DNA of 64,000 nt. Origin: an uncultured Acidobacteriota bacterium. GTDB lineage: Bacteria > Acidobacteriota > G020349885 > CAZDZC01. This document shows positions 60,691-64,000 of this stretch, one piece after another; the first letter of the stretch is position 1, and each line of letters starts with the position of its first letter. The stretch spans positions 4,196 to 68,195 of the forward strand of contig CAZDZC010000002.1 of NCBI GenBank assembly GCA_964509835.1, read 5' to 3'. The translations under genes and the position numbers were made by a program. The notes below the pieces were generated by a model. It was given only the letters and a program-made list of their open reading frames with translations, made no database searches and was not told where the DNA came from.

Positions 60691-61865
60691 GCAGCAGATA
60701 TAATACAGAGACCATGATACTCAACATGGGCCCCCAGCATCCCGCCACGCACGGAGTGTTAAGAATTATACTGACGCTTGACGGAGAAACCGTTGTTGAC
60801 GCGAAACCGGTAGTAGGATATCTCCACAGGGGAATGGAGAAGATAGCTGAAAATAAAACATATAATCAGTTTGTGACATGGACGGATAAGTTGGACTATC
60901 TTGCAGCTCTTTCCAACAATATCGGCTACACGATGGCAGTTGAAAAGCTTATGGAAATTGAGGTCCCTCCGAAAGGGCAGTATCTCCGAGTTATCTGCTG
61001 TGAGCTTGCGAGAATTGCTTCACATATGGTCTGGCTTGCCTGCAATGCTCTTGATATCGGTGCTGCTACGGTTTTCTTCTATGCTTTTCAGGAGAGGGAA
61101 TATTTTTACAATGTTCAGGAAATGCTCACCGGCGGAAGGATGAATGTCGCCTACACGAGGGTGGGTGGTCACGCTAAAGATATCCCTGCCGGTTTCGAAA
61201 AAGAACTCCGGAAATGTATGAAAAGCAGTCTGGACTGCATTGAAAAATGCGGAAATCTGCTGGGTCGCAACAGGATCTGGATTGACAGAACAAAAGGAGT
61301 TGCTCCTATTTCAGCAGAGGACGCACTCGATCTCGGAATGACAGGCCCAAATCTCAGGGCTGCAGGAGTTCCGTATGATGTGAGAAAATATGCTCCCTAT
61401 CTGGTTTATGACAAATTGAATTTCGATGTTCCGGTGGGAGAGACTGGTGACTGTTACGACAGATATCTTGTCAGAATGGAGGAGATGAAACAGAGCGTCG
61501 GCATTCTTGAACAGGCTCTTGGCGGTATGCCGGAAGGTTCCATCAATACAGACAATCCTAAGATATTTTTCCCGGACAAAAAAGATGTTTACTCCAAAAT
61601 GGAAGAATTAATAGATCATTTTATGGTGATAACAGACGGGATCAAGCCCGTTGGTGAAACTTATTTCAGTATTGAAAGCTCAAAAGGTGAACTGGGTTTT
61701 TTCATTGTGGGTGACGGAGATATAAAACCTTACAGGATGCATGTAAGATCGCCTTCATTTGTGAATCTTCAGGCAATTCCGAAAATGTGCAAAGGCGGGA
61801 TGATTTCAGATGTGATTTCCGTTGTGGCCAGTCTGGATCCAGTTCTGGGCGAGGTTGACAGATAA
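60687..61865 (+). CDS. nuoD: NADH-quinone oxidoreductase subunit D
   Basis: LNMGPQHPATHGVLR. ATGA overlap with nuoC. Confidence 0.9.
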   Translation: MSSRYNTETMILNMGPQHPATHGVLRIILTLDGETVVDAKPVVGYLHRGMEKIAENKTYNQFVTWTDKLDYLAALSNNIGYTMAVEKLMEIEVPPKGQYLRVICCELARIASHMVWLACNALDIGAATVFFYAFQEREYFYNVQEMLTGGRMNVAYTRVGGHAKDIPAGFEKELRKCMKSSLDCIEKCGNLLGRNRIWIDRTKGVAPISAEDALDLGMTGPNLRAAGVPYDVRKYAPYLVYDKLNFDVPVGETGDCYDRYLVRMEEMKQSVGILEQALGGMPEGSINTDNPKIFFPDKKDVYSKMEELIDHFMVITDGIKPVGETYFSIESSKGELGFFIVGDGDIKPYRMHVRSPSFVNLQAIPKMCKGGMISDVISVVASLDPVLGEVDR

Positions 61866-61866
61866 T

Positions 61867-62331
61867 ATGTTTTCTGCTGAATTGAAAAAAAAGATAACTG
61901 ATATTCAGGACCGGTATATGGTGAAAAGGGCTGCTCTCATCCCCGCTATTCACATAGTGTGCGATGAGTTCGGCTGGTTGAGCCAGGAATCCTGCGTTGA
62001 ACTGGCTGAACTTTTTGATCTCCGTCCTGTTCAGGTCAGAGAGGTTGCCTCATTTTACAGCATGTTCCCGCTGGAACCGACAGGCAAATATGTCATTAAG
62101 GTGTGTAAAACGCTTTCCTGCTTCATTATGGGGGCAGAGAACATTCTTGAACATATTCAGAATAAACTAAAGATTAACCTCGGTGAAACCACGACTGACG
62201 GCAAATTTACGCTAATGACCTTTGAATGTCTCGGAGCGTGTGATAAGGCGCCAGTAATGCAGATAAATGACAAACAGTATGAGAACCTCACAATAGAAAA
62301 AGTGGATGAGATTCTCGGCGGGTTGAAATAA
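61867..62331 (+). CDS. nuoE: NADH-quinone oxidoreductase subunit E
   Basis: Thioredoxin-like 2Fe-2S region (CKTLSC...CLGACDKAP). Confidence 0.85.
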   Translation: MFSAELKKKITDIQDRYMVKRAALIPAIHIVCDEFGWLSQESCVELAELFDLRPVQVREVASFYSMFPLEPTGKYVIKVCKTLSCFIMGAENILEHIQNKLKINLGETTTDGKFTLMTFECLGACDKAPVMQINDKQYENLTIEKVDEILGGLK

Positions 62332-62333
62332 GC

Positions 62334-63599
62334 ATGGAACTTCTTCTTACAAAAAATATCAGCAACAAGGATTCGCACACACTGGACGCCTATGTTAAAA
62401 CAGGCGGCTACAGAGCGCTTGAAAAGAGCCTCAAAATGGAAAAGGATGCAATAATTGAAGAAGTCAAGATTTCCGGTCTTCGAGGGAGAGGCGGTGCCGG
62501 TTTCCCGTGCGGACTGAAGTGGAGTTTTGTTCCCAAGGATTTCGATGGTCCGAAGTTCCTCTGCTGCAACGCGGATGAGAGTGAACCAGGAACATTCAAA
62601 GACAAAGTTATTATTGAAAAAGATCCCCATATGCTTCTTGAAGGCATCGCAATATGCTGTTATGCCATCGGAGCAGGAACTTGCTACATATATATCCGGG
62701 GGGAATATTACAGCCAGGCAGCCATCCTCGAAAAAGCGATAGAAGAGGCCGAAAAAGCAGGATATCTTGGTAAAAACATACTTGGCAGCGGATTTAACCT
62801 TCAGGTTGTTGTTCATCGGGGGGCCGGTGCCTATGTCTGCGGAGAGGAAACGGCACTGATGGAATCTGTTGAAGGCAAAAGAGGTCATCCGAGGCTTAAA
62901 CCTCCTTTTCCTGCGCAATCCGGCGTTCATGCTTATCCTACTAATATCAACAATGTGGAGACCCTAGCCGCTGTTCCGCATATTATTGACAGAGGCGGAA
63001 AATGGTTTGCGTCCATCGGCCCGAATGAAAAGAATTCAGGAACGAAGCTTTACGCTGTGAGCGGGCATGTTAAAAAACCAGGGGTTTATGAGTATCCGAT
63101 GGGGCTGAATCTGAAGGAACTGATCTATGATGTCTGCGGTGGAATCAGGGATGACAGAAAACTCAAGGCTGTCATTCCCGGCGGATCGTCCGTCCCTGTC
63201 CTGACTGCGGATGAAATAGATGTCAGCATGGACTTTGACAGCATGGTAAAGGCAGGATCGATGCTTGGTTCAGCCGGTGTTATCGTTATGGATGAAACTG
63301 TCTGCATGGTTAGGGCGATGCTGAACCTGATGGAATTCTATCATCATGAATCATGCGGTCAGTGCACTCCATGCAGAGAGGGAACGGGATGGCTTGAGAA
63401 AATATTAAAAAGAATAGAAACCGGCTATGGAAGGAAAGAAGATATTGATCTTATGCTTGATGTAAGCGACAAGATGCAGATGAGAACAGTGTGCCCTCTC
63501 GCAGATGCAGCATGCATGCCTCTTGTGGGTTTCATAAAGAAATTCAGAAGCGAATTTGAGGAACATATTGAAAAAAAGGGATGTCCTTTTGGCAGATAA
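62334..63599 (+). CDS. nuoF: NADH-quinone oxidoreductase subunit F
   Basis: GRGGAGFP, CGQCTPCREG, FMN/NAD-binding. Confidence 0.9.
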   Translation: MELLLTKNISNKDSHTLDAYVKTGGYRALEKSLKMEKDAIIEEVKISGLRGRGGAGFPCGLKWSFVPKDFDGPKFLCCNADESEPGTFKDKVIIEKDPHMLLEGIAICCYAIGAGTCYIYIRGEYYSQAAILEKAIEEAEKAGYLGKNILGSGFNLQVVVHRGAGAYVCGEETALMESVEGKRGHPRLKPPFPAQSGVHAYPTNINNVETLAAVPHIIDRGGKWFASIGPNEKNSGTKLYAVSGHVKKPGVYEYPMGLNLKELIYDVCGGIRDDRKLKAVIPGGSSVPVLTADEIDVSMDFDSMVKAGSMLGSAGVIVMDETVCMVRAMLNLMEFYHHESCGQCTPCREGTGWLEKILKRIETGYGRKEDIDLMLDVSDKMQMRTVCPLADAACMPLVGFIKKFRSEFEEHIEKKGCPFGR

Positions 63600-64000
63600 A
63601 CTCAAAATAACAATAAACGGCAAGGAATTTGAGACTGAAAAGGGCAGGACAATTCTCCAGGTCGCCCTTGAGAACGATATTTACATTCCGCATTTCTGCT
63701 ATCATCCCCATCTGAAAAATGCCGGAAATTGCAGAATGTGCCTTGTTGAGGTAGAAAAGAGCCCCAAACTTCAAACTGCTTGTTCAACTCCTGTTATGGA
63801 CGGAATGGTTGTTCACACGGAATCTGATATTGTCCGGTCAGCCAGAGAAGGGATTATGGAATTTCTTCTGATTAATCATCCTCTCGACTGTCCTGTATGC
63901 GATCAGGCAGGCGAATGCGAACTTCAGATTTATTCTCAGAAATACGGTTCTGGAAAGTCAAGGTTCATTGAGGAAAAAAATCACGCCGGAAAAAGGCGTA
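63589..64000 (+). CDS. nuoG: NADH-quinone oxidoreductase subunit G, partial (runs off the window end)
   Basis: TTG start overlapping the nuoF stop. ...KITINGKEFETEKGRTILQVALENDIYIPHFCYHP...CRMCLVEV matches the 2Fe-2S N-terminus. Confidence 0.7.
   Translation, partial: MADKLKITINGKEFETEKGRTILQVALENDIYIPHFCYHPHLKNAGNCRMCLVEVEKSPKLQTACSTPVMDGMVVHTESDIVRSAREGIMEFLLINHPLDCPVCDQAGECELQIYSQKYGSGKSRFIEEKNHAGKRR

Overview
This is a 64-kb window of bacterial chromosome with about 47% GC, probably from an FCB-group or Fibrobacteres-like anaerobe. I infer that from three tandem paralogs of the Fibrobacter succinogenes major paralogous domain (TIGR02145) and from promoters of the form TTGACA-N17-TGnTA(G/A)AAT. 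Most of the window is housekeeping core genome. It encodes an EF-G paralog, a DinG helicase, LarB, PolA, Tgt, RarA, CtpA, HU, AccC with a BCCP-like protein, a shikimate operon (aroF-A-E-C-K-B), an ABC-2 exporter, an ExbB-ExbD-ExbD-TonB cluster, and the start of a complex I operon (nuoA to nuoG, truncated at the window end). Coding density is very high and many genes overlap by ATGA or TAATG, which implies translational coupling. One clearly accessory segment sits at about 27.35-33.9 kb, directly after the FAD-dependent dehydrogenase gene. It contains an AT-rich VapBC cassette bracketed by an ~70-bp direct duplication of that gene's 3' end (an att-like scar). It also contains a 29-aa DsrE-like gene remnant, TrmO, three TIGR02145 paralog cassettes that share promoter, leader and 3' flank, and a HicAB module inserted ahead of the second paralog. 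The remaining feature is a 9-copy 21-bp tandem repeat with alternating A and B units. No CRISPR array, Cas gene, restriction system, transposase or integrase was found. Candidates for uncharacterised systems are: a tightly coupled four-gene membrane-protein operon upstream of polA; a GlmL/MutL-family ASKHA protein paired with an unknown 374-aa protein, with no mutase nearby; a co-oriented PhzF, lipoprotein and SagB/ThcOx twin-nitroreductase operon; and a PilZ, DUF4388, ExbB, ExbD, ExbD, TonB, DUF4388, TPR neighbourhood that resembles Agl/Glt-type motor architecture. All functional calls rest on motif and family recognition by eye and need database confirmation.
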